In this document: piece by piece, positions 1 to 8,510 of the stretch
Layout of the letters: each line of letters begins with the position of its first letter
How positions within the stretch are numbered: position 1 is the stretch's first letter
Virus record (IMG/VR): IMGVR_UViG_2541047873_000006
DNA: 37,458 nucleotides
Direction: 5' to 3' (one strand)
Source of the DNA: a virus
Lineage: Duplodnaviria; Heunggongvirae; Uroviricota; Caudoviricetes
The notes under the pieces: generated by a model
Seen by the model: the letters and a program-made list of their open reading frames with translations, nothing else
Told to the model about the DNA's origin: nothing
The model's database searches: none
Program-made: the position numbers and the translations under genes

Positions 1-1005
1 TTAATCCCCCGTGGACACTGCGTGGACACTCACGCCACCTTTCAGCGGATTAAGGGCCACCGCATCCTGCAGGTAATCCGGTGCAAAATGTGCATATGCC
101 ATTGTTTGCTGAATGGTTGCGTGGCCAAGAATCTTCTGAAGCGCAATAATGTTTCCTCCGTTCATCACAAAATGGCTGGCGAACGTATGCCGCAGCACAT
201 GTGCAGCCTGGCCTTTTGGCAAATCGGGCTTAACTCTTTTCAGCGCCAAGCAGAATTCCCGGTACTTCACCTCAAACAAGCCGCCTGTTTCTCTGGTTTT
301 GATCGCCTCACAAACTGCCTGCGAAATTGGCACTGTTCTCTTTCGGCCATTTTTGGTTTCAAGAAACGTTACACGGTTATGAACTATCTGTTCACCACGA
401 AGCTTACAGGCTTCACTCCAGCGCGCCCCCGTGCTTAAACACAAAAGCGCAACACGCCAGTAATCGCCCTCCAGTGTATCGAGCAATAACGCCACTTCCT
501 TCTGGGACAGGAAAGCCATTTCTCGTGGAGATACATAAAGAATAGAAATTCCCCTTACCGGATGTTCTGCATCCCAGAGGCCTATTTTCTTCAGTACGGT
601 AAACATTCCGGATAACCGATTCATGTATCTGTTAGCAGATGACGGTTTCAATCCATCAGCTATCTTTTGAGAACGCCACGCGATAATTTTTAGCTTATCA
701 AGATCCACAGCCTGCATATCAGCGCCAAGCTCATTGATTATGTTGCGCAGTTGTTTTCGGTCTTCTTCCGCCTTACGCCTGTGCTGGCCGTGATACATCC
801 ACCACAACTCAAGCAAATCATTTAGCGTTCGACGATCACGGTAGCCCTGTATATATTCCCGCTTTTCAGCGTTCGCCATGATGTAGCGTTCAGTGGCCAC
901 CGCTACCGATTTTTTGTCAAATACCTTACGCACGCGCTTTCCCTTGCGTCCGTTCGGCCTGATGTCCAGCAAATAACGACCATCTTCGAGCTTCTTAATC
1001 GACAT
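1..1005 (-). CDS. int: Tyrosine integrase (P2 Int-like), 334 aa
   Basis: Track ORF 1..1020 minus; first ATG (MSIKK...) at 1005-1003 with GGAGGG Shine-Dalgarno 8 nt upstream; C-terminal HxxR (VLRHTFASH) and tyrosine (MAYAHF) motifs typical of tyrosine recombinases; sits beside the C repressor as in P2. Confidence 0.9.
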   Translation of the reverse strand: MSIKKLEDGRYLLDIRPNGRKGKRVRKVFDKKSVAVATERYIMANAEKREYIQGYRDRRTLNDLLELWWMYHGQHRRKAEEDRKQLRNIINELGADMQAVDLDKLKIIAWRSQKIADGLKPSSANRYMNRLSGMFTVLKKIGLWDAEHPVRGISILYVSPREMAFLSQKEVALLLDTLEGDYWRVALLCLSTGARWSEACKLRGEQIVHNRVTFLETKNGRKRTVPISQAVCEAIKTRETGGLFEVKYREFCLALKRVKPDLPKGQAAHVLRHTFASHFVMNGGNIIALQKILGHATIQQTMAYAHFAPDYLQDAVALNPLKGGVSVHAVSTGD

Positions 1006-1101
1006 TGCGAAGCCCTCCAATGAACCGCTCTACAATTTCTCCAGCCTCTTTCCAGCAATAATCAGACCAGACAAAAAGCAGGTCTAACCAGTTTTCTGGC
1101 C

Positions 1102-1422
1102 TCAGCGGGATAATTTTTGGATTGTTTCGGTTGAAACACGATCTCCCTCCGAATTGCAGGAACCATCAAGAGAGAGAGCCGGAGAAATTTGCCCAACCTC
1201 CGGCATCGTTTCATCTGTTGATAACCAATAAGCATATTTCTTAAATTTAGGGTGTTTCGTAACCTTAAGTAAGGCACCCTCTGTTACTTGCTTCCCCCTC
1301 ACCTCATAGTTAGTTACCGTCCCATAAGGCAGCCCAACACAATCCGCAAACTCCTGGCGGGTCATACCTTCTGCTTCACGAATCAGGCGAAATTTTTCAC
1401 CCATGCTTGACAAAGATGCCAT
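1102..1422 (-). CDS. C: Immunity repressor C (P2 C-like), about 106 aa
   Basis: Track ORF 1102..1476 minus; start chosen at MASLSS (ATG 1422-1420) with GGAGGA 10 nt upstream; EKFRLIREAEGMTRQEFADCVGLPYGTVTNYE aligns with the recalled P2 C helix-turn-helix region; divergent from cox. Confidence 0.8.
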   Translation of the reverse strand: MASLSSMGEKFRLIREAEGMTRQEFADCVGLPYGTVTNYEVRGKQVTEGALLKVTKHPKFKKYAYWLSTDETMPEVGQISPALSLDGSCNSEGDRVSTETIQKLSR

Positions 1423-1535
1423 ATCGGGCATATCCTCCATCGCAACATGCCACATCGGGCACAAACATAAAAACACTCAAATAAGCCGATATAAGCCATT
1501 TTGAGCCATTCGAACGAATTAGGGAGATTACCACA
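1416..1535. promoter_or_regulatory. Lysis/lysogeny switch region between C and cox (expected Pe/Pc promoters and operators)
   Basis: Divergent C/cox arrangement as in P2; imperfect 15-bp direct repeat ATGCCAYATCGGGCA at about 1416-1430 and 1447-1461; tandem ATAAGCC at 1481-1487 and 1491-1497; TTGAGC hexamer at 1501-1506. Promoter assignment is by analogy only. Confidence 0.45.
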
Positions 1536-1823
1536 ATGAGCGAATCAGAGCTTGGGGGCTTCATTCAGGTAGCACCATATCCACTTGAAGCGGTGCCATA
1601 TCAACTATTCGCCAAGATGATCGGCCGCAAGGAATCCACAGTCAGAACCATGATTGACGCAGCAAAGCTACCGACAATTGACTTTGTGAAACCAGGTTCA
1701 GTAAAGACGCGTGCATCAGAAAACTGGGTATATCTGCCAGCATTTAACGAAGGCATGCGCAAAGCGTTTTTTGAGCAACCGAAAGAACGCCGCGATGCAT
1801 GGTTGTTGTGGCTGGGGCTTTAG
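1536..1823 (+). CDS. cox: Cox-like excisionase / early repressor of Pc, 95 aa
   Basis: Track ORF; GGGAGA Shine-Dalgarno; VPYQLFAKMIGRKESTVRTMIDAAKLPTIDF...WVYLPAFNEG...WLLWLGL matches the recalled P2 Cox (IPYQEFAKLIG...WVYLPAWNNG...WLMWLGL). Confidence 0.85.
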   Translation: MSESELGGFIQVAPYPLEAVPYQLFAKMIGRKESTVRTMIDAAKLPTIDFVKPGSVKTRASENWVYLPAFNEGMRKAFFEQPKERRDAWLLWLGL

Positions 1824-1829
1824 TCATAA

Positions 1830-2036
1830 ATGACCAGCCATATCATCAGCGCCATTCTGACCCTTGTTTTTATTGAGACAGGCGTAATAGCGATCTATTT
1901 GTTTCGTAAGTTAACGGGACATGAAGAACGCTTTATTGAACTCAGCATTGAATATATCGCCGCTTATACCAAAGGGCTTTTCCCGGCAGCTATTGGGGCG
2001 ATGTTTATAGCGTTTGTTATCTGGTTTATCGGGTGA
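1830..2036 (+). CDS. Hypothetical small membrane protein (68 aa), early operon
   Basis: Track ORF directly after cox; two hydrophobic stretches; position corresponds to P2 orf78 but no similarity claimed. Confidence 0.5.
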   Translation: MTSHIISAILTLVFIETGVIAIYLFRKLTGHEERFIELSIEYIAAYTKGLFPAAIGAMFIAFVIWFIG

Positions 2037-2288
2037 GAAACCTGATAAACCACAACTACTGCAATGAGGGTAATTATGTGTGGCATGGACAAATTGGACC
2101 TTATGTTAATTGTAATACTATCAATTAACTTCGGTTACCTCTTAAGCGGCGTAATTCTCATGTGCGGAGGCAAACGAAAATGAACCAGCAGTCCGCACAA
2201 CGTGAAAACAATGCGATGCGATTTAATCGCAAATATTTTGAGTTCGGCCGCTATGCCGGAATAATTAAATCTGTACAGAGTCTTTAAC

Positions 2289-2630
2289 ATGAAACAGCAA
2301 CGTAATTCACGCTTTCGTAATGGTGCTGAACGTCACGCTAACCGTTTCGCTACCAGTGCATCACGCAGCAACATCCGCTACAGCCTGAGTGATACACACG
2401 CAACGCCGGATGGCTACCCAGTAAAACAAATCGGCGAGCATGCCTGGCTGATTGAGAAAGCTGGAATCGTGGTCCACAAATGCCCACGCAATCCGTTTAC
2501 TGGAAACCGCATTTTTGCTCTAAGCAGCGGCGAAAATCAGTTCGGGCAGGATTTCACATTATACGAAGCACTACGCACGGTTGATCGTCTGCTTCGCGGA
2601 CAAAGTTTTATTAAACAGGCTGATTTATAA
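2289..2630 (+). CDS. Hypothetical early-operon protein (113 aa)
   Basis: Track ORF co-oriented with cox; no family recognised. Confidence 0.5.
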   Translation: MKQQRNSRFRNGAERHANRFATSASRSNIRYSLSDTHATPDGYPVKQIGEHAWLIEKAGIVVHKCPRNPFTGNRIFALSSGENQFGQDFTLYEALRTVDRLLRGQSFIKQADL

Positions 2631-2640
2631 CAGGTGCTTT

Positions 2641-2928
2641 ATGACCAAAGACCATGCACAAGGTGTATTTATCCGTTTTATTGATTTTCGCGGTGAACTG
2701 TTATTACGCGCATCCGCTATTGATGGAGTGGCTCCGGCGGGTAAAAACGGAGCCGACGAAGCCACTTACGTTTATCTGAACGGCACGCGACTGCTTGTGG
2801 AACTTCCGTACCAGACCGTACGAGAAATCATTAGCAAAGCTGAAAAAGCGCGCCAGGCTAATGGCAATGAACCCTATATCGAAATTATTTGCATGGATTC
2901 AGAAGCTGAAATTCAGAAAGCAGATTAA
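2641..2928 (+). CDS. Hypothetical early-operon protein (about 95 aa)
   Basis: Track ORF 2581..2928; start moved to ATG 2641 (MTKDHAQ...) with AGGTG upstream so it does not overlap the preceding ORF. Confidence 0.5.
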   Translation: MTKDHAQGVFIRFIDFRGELLLRASAIDGVAPAGKNGADEATYVYLNGTRLLVELPYQTVREIISKAEKARQANGNEPYIEIICMDSEAEIQKAD

Positions 2929-2939
2929 AGGGTGTTGCA

Positions 2940-3182
2940 ATGGACAAAGAATATAAAACACTCATCAACAAAGCACTTGAGCGTTTTTATTTTCGCTTAA
3001 GTGCATCAGGCTCTCATGCTGAACGTGCAGCCCGTGACTCATTGACCAGGGCAATCCGGAGTCTGTATGACGTGGCTTTTTACGCTGATGATCTGGATGC
3101 ACTTAACGAACTTTCCGAGCTGATCTGTGCCGCAGAATGCGGAGAACATATTGAACCGTATAAGCTGGGGAATATCGCATGA
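2940..3182 (+). CDS. Hypothetical early-operon protein (80 aa)
   Basis: Track ORF; a further about 37-codon hydrophobic mini-ORF follows at about 3179-3292 with ATGA overlap. Confidence 0.5.
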   Translation: MDKEYKTLINKALERFYFRLSASGSHAERAARDSLTRAIRSLYDVAFYADDLDALNELSELICAAECGEHIEPYKLGNIA

Positions 3183-3385
3183 GTATATTTATCTCATGGC
3201 TTGTTCTGATTATTTCGGTGGCCTGCGCCATTGGGATTATGCGAATTATTAATTCAGTGAAAAAGATCGAGCGTTTTTTCTCTGATGAATAACGATACAA
3301 ATAAAACATCAAATCAAATAAGAAAACGTGAAAACCATCCGTATTAACGGAGGTATTCGCACACGCAAATAACGGAGATACAAAA

Positions 3386-3796
3386 ATGCACGCAAAAGAA
3401 GAAGGTATCATCAGAGCACTGAAAGAAATTTCAAAGATGGAAAGCGAAGTAGCGAAAAAAGCCGTGGCCAATGCTCACATGGACGTCGCAACCCACACAA
3501 TGATAGTCGCAAAAGTCACGGCAGAGGCTGCCAAAATCATCGAAGAACAGGGTGTGGAACTTGCGCTTCTCAAAACTAAACCAGTCACCGGACTGGATTT
3601 ATCTGACACCGGACGCCTTATTTACACTATTGGCTCGGAGCCACAGCGATACACCATTATCGCCGGATTACAGAACAAATACCTGATCACTCCTCACCCC
3701 ATAAGGGAATCAGCGCTTCTGACAAATCTCCGCCTGATAGAGCGCTCTCAAGTTGCATTCATTGATGACGCCCGACACACCGTATTTAACGCATAG
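3386..3796 (+). CDS. Hypothetical protein (136 aa)
   Basis: Track ORF preceded by GGAGAT; no family recognised. Confidence 0.55.
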   Translation: MHAKEEGIIRALKEISKMESEVAKKAVANAHMDVATHTMIVAKVTAEAAKIIEEQGVELALLKTKPVTGLDLSDTGRLIYTIGSEPQRYTIIAGLQNKYLITPHPIRESALLTNLRLIERSQVAFIDDARHTVFNA

Positions 3797-3819
3797 GGTT
3801 ACTGGACAAAGGGGGTGCA

Positions 3820-4023
3820 ATGGCAATTAAGCATTTTCCCGTCGTTCGCTTTACCTCCAGAGGGCGCGAATACGAGGTCGACGAACGCCTGATTACCACT
3901 ATCGACAAACATCGTTCGGAAAAGGATGCACACCACATCTACCTCACTGACGGTACTTACTTCTGCGCCACCAACGTGGCGCGGGTGAATCTTATCCGAC
4001 AGGTACAGGAGCCACGCAGATGA
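3820..4023 (+). CDS. Hypothetical protein (67 aa)
   Basis: Track ORF; stop overlaps the next start (ATGA), suggesting translational coupling. Confidence 0.45.
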   Translation: MAIKHFPVVRFTSRGREYEVDERLITTIDKHRSEKDAHHIYLTDGTYFCATNVARVNLIRQVQEPRR

Positions 4024-4286
4024 CCATTCTGGACTACATCGCTACTCATCCGGGTTGTAGCGGCGGAGAGATCGCCGCAGCACTGAATACTCCAACCACA
4101 GCCATTAATGCTGAGTTACGCCAACTTTGGCGCGGCGGCTTAGTCATCAGAACAAACCGCAGCACAGGTGGTCGCGCTCGCAAAACTGGAGGCCAGGCTT
4201 CTTACCACGTAAACCCGATGCCGTTCGGGTGTAGCAATCCACTTACTCACATGTTTAACCAGCTACTAAAGGAAGCCAGAACATGA
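4020..4286 (+). CDS. Hypothetical protein, possible winged-helix DNA-binding fold (88 aa)
   Basis: Track ORF; LDYIATHPGCSGGEIAAALNTPTTAINAELRQLWRGGLV resembles a winged-helix recognition unit (impression by eye only). Confidence 0.45.
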   Translation: MTILDYIATHPGCSGGEIAAALNTPTTAINAELRQLWRGGLVIRTNRSTGGRARKTGGQASYHVNPMPFGCSNPLTHMFNQLLKEART

Positions 4287-4582
4287 GCACCATCAACCAC
4301 CAGAAGCTACGCGAACTGGCATTTGCCCTGCAACGAATGGCAACGCCTCAAAAATTACTGGCATTTCGCGCAATGCTCTCGCCGTCTGCTGTGCTGGCAC
4401 TGCTGGATGAGCTGGAGCACGCCAGAACCACGGCTCCTGCCATTCGCCTGACACTCCATCATGAAATCGCTGATTTCTGCGCGACGTTGGAGGCACCAGG
4501 CGAACCGGAAACGCCGGAAGCAATACAGCAAGAGCTGCTGCAACGCATTGACAAGGTTTTTGATTTTTTTCTGAACCAGTAA
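4283..4582 (+). CDS. Hypothetical protein (99 aa)
   Basis: Track ORF; ATGA overlap with the previous ORF. Confidence 0.5.
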   Translation: MSTINHQKLRELAFALQRMATPQKLLAFRAMLSPSAVLALLDELEHARTTAPAIRLTLHHEIADFCATLEAPGEPETPEAIQQELLQRIDKVFDFFLNQ

Positions 4583-4673
4583 GAAACCAGAACATGCACA
4601 CACAAAAAAACCGCTTGCCATGCCGCAATCAGTCAGGTTACATTTCCGCTGCACCTCATAAAACGGGTGCCGG

Positions 4674-4897
4674 GATTCTCAACCCGATACAGAGCAAAGC
4701 GCATAACCGCGCCAGCGGTTTTTTTGTGCGTACTGTATTGCCACGTCTTTTTCGCGTCAGAATTATGGCGGGGCGTACGGGGCCGACTTCGGTCGGGCCG
4801 GATTCTTTGCTCTCCGGTGTTGAGAACCCTGTACGTCTCGCCACCCCGAGATTCTCAACTCTGGATGGTGAGCTATTTCTATCACCGAGCAAAGAGG
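4674..4897 (+). other. Structured, repeat-containing leader/intergenic element (candidate cis-regulatory RNA or small RNA)
   Basis: Motif pair TTCTCAAC...GAGCAAAG at about 4676-4699 and 4853-4893, with its exact inverse CTTTGCTC...GTTGAGAA at about 4805-4826; a cUUCGg tetraloop hairpin at about 4779-4800; the third copy overlaps the AAAGAGG ribosome-binding site of the 70-aa ORF. Confidence 0.35.
4704..4727 (+). terminator. Candidate intrinsic terminator or attenuator inside the early operon
   Basis: AACCGC-GCCA-GCGGTT stem-loop followed by a run of seven T. Confidence 0.4.
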
Positions 4898-4904
4898 CCA
4901 CACC

Positions 4905-5117
4905 ATGGCAAACCGCAAACAACAGCGCGCATACGCTGCGCGTCGTCACATCCAGACTGAAATCAACCGTAGACTTTTCCGCGCATCACGCGTCGCGCAA
5001 ATCATGCACATCAATATGCTGCATGAGCGCAGCCACGCGCTATCGAACATCTATTCCGCCTCTGTTTTCAGCTATCTGGCGGATGATCTGCGCGAGCTGC
5101 AACAACTCTTCCAGTAG
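4905..5117 (+). CDS. Hypothetical basic protein (70 aa)
   Basis: Track ORF with AAAGAGG 8 nt upstream; Arg/Lys-rich N-terminus. Confidence 0.45.
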   Translation: MANRKQQRAYAARRHIQTEINRRLFRASRVAQIMHINMLHERSHALSNIYSASVFSYLADDLRELQQLFQ

Positions 5118-5207
5118 CAAAACAAACTCCATTAATTCCTGTTCCGGGCCTTTCCTGCACCTTGCGGCGGGAGGCCTTCGCACATCTGTAGTAAAGAGAA
5201 TTGCAGC

Positions 5208-5597
5208 ATGATTGACGCTCATGACTTCACAAGATGGGTGCGCACACAGGACACCCGTCTGGCTCCCGTTCTTCAGGGATTATTTGATCTCTACATCCGT
5301 GGTCGTGACAACAGAGCACGCACCACAAAACCAGAGAATGCAGACACCCTTTATTTCACAGTAGACGACTGCTACCGCGTGGACTTCACACCACACGGGC
5401 TGGCGTTGCACTGCCTGACACCACACGGAGAATCACTGCTGGCGTATTACGACTCCCCGGCCTCCGTATTTGCGGCAATGCTGGCGCATCGCACTGCTGG
5501 CGGGTGTGCCTCGCTGAGTGAATACACCGCTGAATTTAACCGCCTTTCTGCCCTCTTCTCGCAGGAGTGGCAGCGCGTGACGGGATACCAGCCATGA
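5208..5597 (+). CDS. Hypothetical protein (129 aa) immediately upstream of A
   Basis: Track ORF; its TGA stop overlaps the ATG of gene A (ATGA). Confidence 0.55.
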   Translation: MIDAHDFTRWVRTQDTRLAPVLQGLFDLYIRGRDNRARTTKPENADTLYFTVDDCYRVDFTPHGLALHCLTPHGESLLAYYDSPASVFAAMLAHRTAGGCASLSEYTAEFNRLSALFSQEWQRVTGYQP

Positions 5598-8434
5598 GTG
5601 AGTTTGCATGGAGCTGGAATGAACCACGGCCAGCCATTGATCCGGCCAGATTTACGGAGCACAGGCAGGAAACTGAAACCGACCTGCAACGCGCCATCCG
5701 TTACTACCTTGAGGCGGACAAAAAGGCCCGGGAAGAACAGGAAGCGAAGGAGGAAGCCTTTTTCGCACAATCCGCCATGGGTAAAAAACTCATGGCATCC
5801 CTTGAGGAAGCCGGACAGCGTGAAAAGCTGGCACAGAGCATCATCAGTAAGCGCCGGGCAACAGAACAAGACCCGGTGGCCCGTGCCTTTGCCACACTGA
5901 AGGCGCTTCCCGTTTATCTGCGAGAACCTCTGAGCCGCCACCTCTCTTTCCTGCGCAAGAAGCAGGAAGCCGATCGTCAGAAAGGCAAAAAGAGCTGGCA
6001 GGCGGAACGCTATGCACGCGGAACCCTGCGCAAAATATTCGAACGTCTGGACCGCACCGACAGCCGCTGGCTGACACCGGGTTATCGCTCCCTTGCCGGA
6101 CGCGAACGCCTGGACGATTTGCTTTACCTGCCGCAGCTCAACAAACACCAGATACAGACGCTGGCCACCATGACGGCGGCGATGTTCAGCAGCACCTTCG
6201 AAAAACTCTGCGATGGCTTTGGCGCGACTGATGGCGAACTGACCATGGATGTAACGCTGAAGGCGTATCAGATGCTGGCCCGCATGGCGTTACACCTGCA
6301 CGCCATGCCTCCACATTATGACGCACTGACAACAGACAAAGACCGGAGGAACGAACCGGACACGGAGCTGCTGCCGGGCGCAATCCTTCGCCTGACCTGT
6401 GCGGAATGGTGGAAACGCAAACTGTGGCTGTTACGTTGCGAGTGGAGAGAAGAACAACTCCGCGCCGCCTGTCTGGTTTCCAGAAAAACATCACCCTATC
6501 TGAGCCAGGACGCGTTAAGCGAGTTTCGCGCACAGCGCGAGAAAACACGCGATTTCCTGAAAAGTTTTATGCTGGAAAACGAAGACGGGTTCACGATTGA
6601 TCTCGAAACAGTGTATTACGCGGGAGTAAGTAACCCGGTTCACCGTAAGGCAGAAATGATGGCCACCATGAAGGGGCTGGAACTTCTGGCCGAAGCCCGT
6701 GGCGACAAAGCGGTGTTTCTGACTGTCACCTGCCCGTCAAAATACCACGCCACAACAGAGAACGGTCATCCGAATCCCAAATGGAACGGGGCCACCATGC
6801 GCGACTCCAGCGATTACCTGGTTAACACGTTTTTTGCGGCGGTCCGCAAGAAACTGAACCGCGACGGCCTGCGCTGGTATGGCATCCGCACGGTGGAGCC
6901 TCACCATGACGGCACCGTGCACTGGCATATGATGGTCTTTGCTCATCCGGAAGAAATCGACACCATTGTGTCCCACACCCGCGATATTGCCATTCAGGAA
7001 GATCGTCACGAGCTGGGTGATGATATTACCCCACGCTTTAAGGCGGAGTACGTCGACGGCTCAAAAGGTACGCCAACCAGCTACATCGCCACCTACATCG
7101 GAAAGAACCTGGACAGCCGCGCCGTGGATGGCATCGACCCGAAAACGGGCAAGCCACGCGTTGACCACGAAACCGGAAAATCAATGGCCGAGAGCGTGGA
7201 ACGCGCCATCGGCTGGGCGCGCCTTCACCGTGTCCGCCAGTTCCAGTTCTTTGGTATCCCCTCCCGTCAGGTGTGGCGTGAACTCCGCCGCCTTGCCAGC
7301 CAGATGGCACGCAACCCGGAAGGCCCGCAACGGCTGAAGGATGACGCAATGGATGCGGTACTCGCTGCCGCTGATGCCGGATGTTTTGCCACCTACATAG
7401 AGAAACAGGGCGGCGTACTTGTTCCACGCAAAGACTACCTGATTCGCACCGCCTACGACCTCGCAGATGAGCTGAACGATTACGGCGAACAGAGTGTACA
7501 GATTTACGGGATCTGGTCGCCGCTCATCGGGGAATCCTCCCGTGTGTGCACGCATCCGGATAACTGGAAGCTGGTAAGACGTAAACCGGAAGTGGAAGAC
7601 AGCGCCCGCGAAAATGGTTTTGACCTTCAGGGCGGCCCTGCCGCCCCTTGGACTCGTGGCAATAACTGTCCCCGTGTACAGGAAACGGACAACAACGGGA
7701 CAGAACAGCCGGAAGAACGGCCAGCACCGTGGCCGCAGCTTCCTGACGGCATTGAAGTGAACGAATGGATGCGCTCACTGAAACGGCACGAACGCCGGGC
7801 GCTGATGCGTTCGCTTCGTGACAAACAGGCAAAAAACAGCAGTGATGAAATGCAGAGCTGGACACAGAGCCGCAAACAGCAGCGGCCTTTGCCTGATAAC
7901 CACGAATTACTCGCTAGAGAATGGCGGGAGTCTGCTGAATCTCTCGGCCTGCATATCGGTGAACAACAAATGCAGCACCTGTTACGGGGCGGCAGTCTGT
8001 ACGTTGACGGCAGCATCATTGCACCGCAGGGATTTGAAATTGTACGCAAACCGGATACCCGCCCGGACAGCCGAATCACGCAGCTCTGGCAACGCCTGAG
8101 CCGTAATCACGGCGTAAGCAGCACGGAGATCCGCCATAACCCGGTCGCCAGCTATCTGGAACAGCTGGGGGCATCAGACCCTGAAGCCGCCGCACGCCTG
8201 GCATCCACACTTCAGCAGGACCAGAACACCATGAAAACACCCGTTACCGTGCTTTCTGACATGCTGCGCGCCATCCGCGACGCAGAGCACGCACAGAGAA
8301 TCAGTGAAACCACTGAACGCGCCCGCCGCAAAGCAGACCTGCTGCGGGGTGGCCTGACCAGTGGAAACAAAAAACAGACAGAAACGGGATTCACAAATCC
8401 CGTAAATGAGCAAAAAACGCGCCGCGATATATGA
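5594..8434 (+). CDS. A: Rolling-circle replication initiator / replication endonuclease (P2 gpA-like), about 946 aa
   Basis: Track ORF 5567..8434 (GTG); ATG 5594 preferred because of the ATGA coupling. HUH motif in EPHHDGTVHWHMMVF and catalytic tyrosine motif in YIATYIGKN; the first 760 aa are collinear with the recalled P2 A protein. Confidence 0.9.
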   Translation: MSEFAWSWNEPRPAIDPARFTEHRQETETDLQRAIRYYLEADKKAREEQEAKEEAFFAQSAMGKKLMASLEEAGQREKLAQSIISKRRATEQDPVARAFATLKALPVYLREPLSRHLSFLRKKQEADRQKGKKSWQAERYARGTLRKIFERLDRTDSRWLTPGYRSLAGRERLDDLLYLPQLNKHQIQTLATMTAAMFSSTFEKLCDGFGATDGELTMDVTLKAYQMLARMALHLHAMPPHYDALTTDKDRRNEPDTELLPGAILRLTCAEWWKRKLWLLRCEWREEQLRAACLVSRKTSPYLSQDALSEFRAQREKTRDFLKSFMLENEDGFTIDLETVYYAGVSNPVHRKAEMMATMKGLELLAEARGDKAVFLTVTCPSKYHATTENGHPNPKWNGATMRDSSDYLVNTFFAAVRKKLNRDGLRWYGIRTVEPHHDGTVHWHMMVFAHPEEIDTIVSHTRDIAIQEDRHELGDDITPRFKAEYVDGSKGTPTSYIATYIGKNLDSRAVDGIDPKTGKPRVDHETGKSMAESVERAIGWARLHRVRQFQFFGIPSRQVWRELRRLASQMARNPEGPQRLKDDAMDAVLAAADAGCFATYIEKQGGVLVPRKDYLIRTAYDLADELNDYGEQSVQIYGIWSPLIGESSRVCTHPDNWKLVRRKPEVEDSARENGFDLQGGPAAPWTRGNNCPRVQETDNNGTEQPEERPAPWPQLPDGIEVNEWMRSLKRHERRALMRSLRDKQAKNSSDEMQSWTQSRKQQRPLPDNHELLAREWRESAESLGLHIGEQQMQHLLRGGSLYVDGSIIAPQGFEIVRKPDTRPDSRITQLWQRLSRNHGVSSTEIRHNPVASYLEQLGASDPEAAARLASTLQQDQNTMKTPVTVLSDMLRAIRDAEHAQRISETTERARRKADLLRGGLTSGNKKQTETGFTNPVNEQKTRRDI

Positions 8435-8480
8435 AGCGCGCACAAAACAGGCAAAAACGGGATTTCAGAATCCCGTAAAC
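8371..8480. repeat. Two about 38-bp direct repeats, each with an ACGGGATT-N4-AATCCCGT palindrome; candidate parC-like centromere / ParR operator
   Basis: Copies at about 8371-8408 (inside the last codons of A) and about 8443-8480 (30 bp upstream of parM) differ at about 5 positions; located where parC lies in R1-type parMRC loci. Confidence 0.4.
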
Positions 8481-8510
8481 GATTAATTAATCAACATAAG
8501 GAAAAGCGAC

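Noticed and set aside
4670-4900. Retron-like msr/msd idea prompted by inverted repeats flanking a structured segment
   Set aside because: No reverse transcriptase ORF is present nearby (downstream genes are small unknown ORFs and replication gene A), and the repeats are better explained as alternative RNA pairings around a ribosome-binding site.
4594-5211. 205-aa plus-strand ORF spanning the structured intergenic region
   Set aside because: No ribosome-binding site, runs through the terminator hairpin and repeats, and overlaps the better-supported 70-aa ORF at 4905..5117 in another frame; the region is better explained as structured non-coding sequence.
5447-6148. 233-aa minus-strand ORF and several other long minus-strand ORFs (for example 6186..6548, 7038..7427, 7627..8079) inside gene A
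   Set aside because: They are antisense to a well-supported, motif-bearing coding frame (HUH and YxxxYxxK motifs), lack ribosome-binding sites, and have Arg/Cys/Ser-rich shadow-frame composition typical of GC-rich antisense frames.
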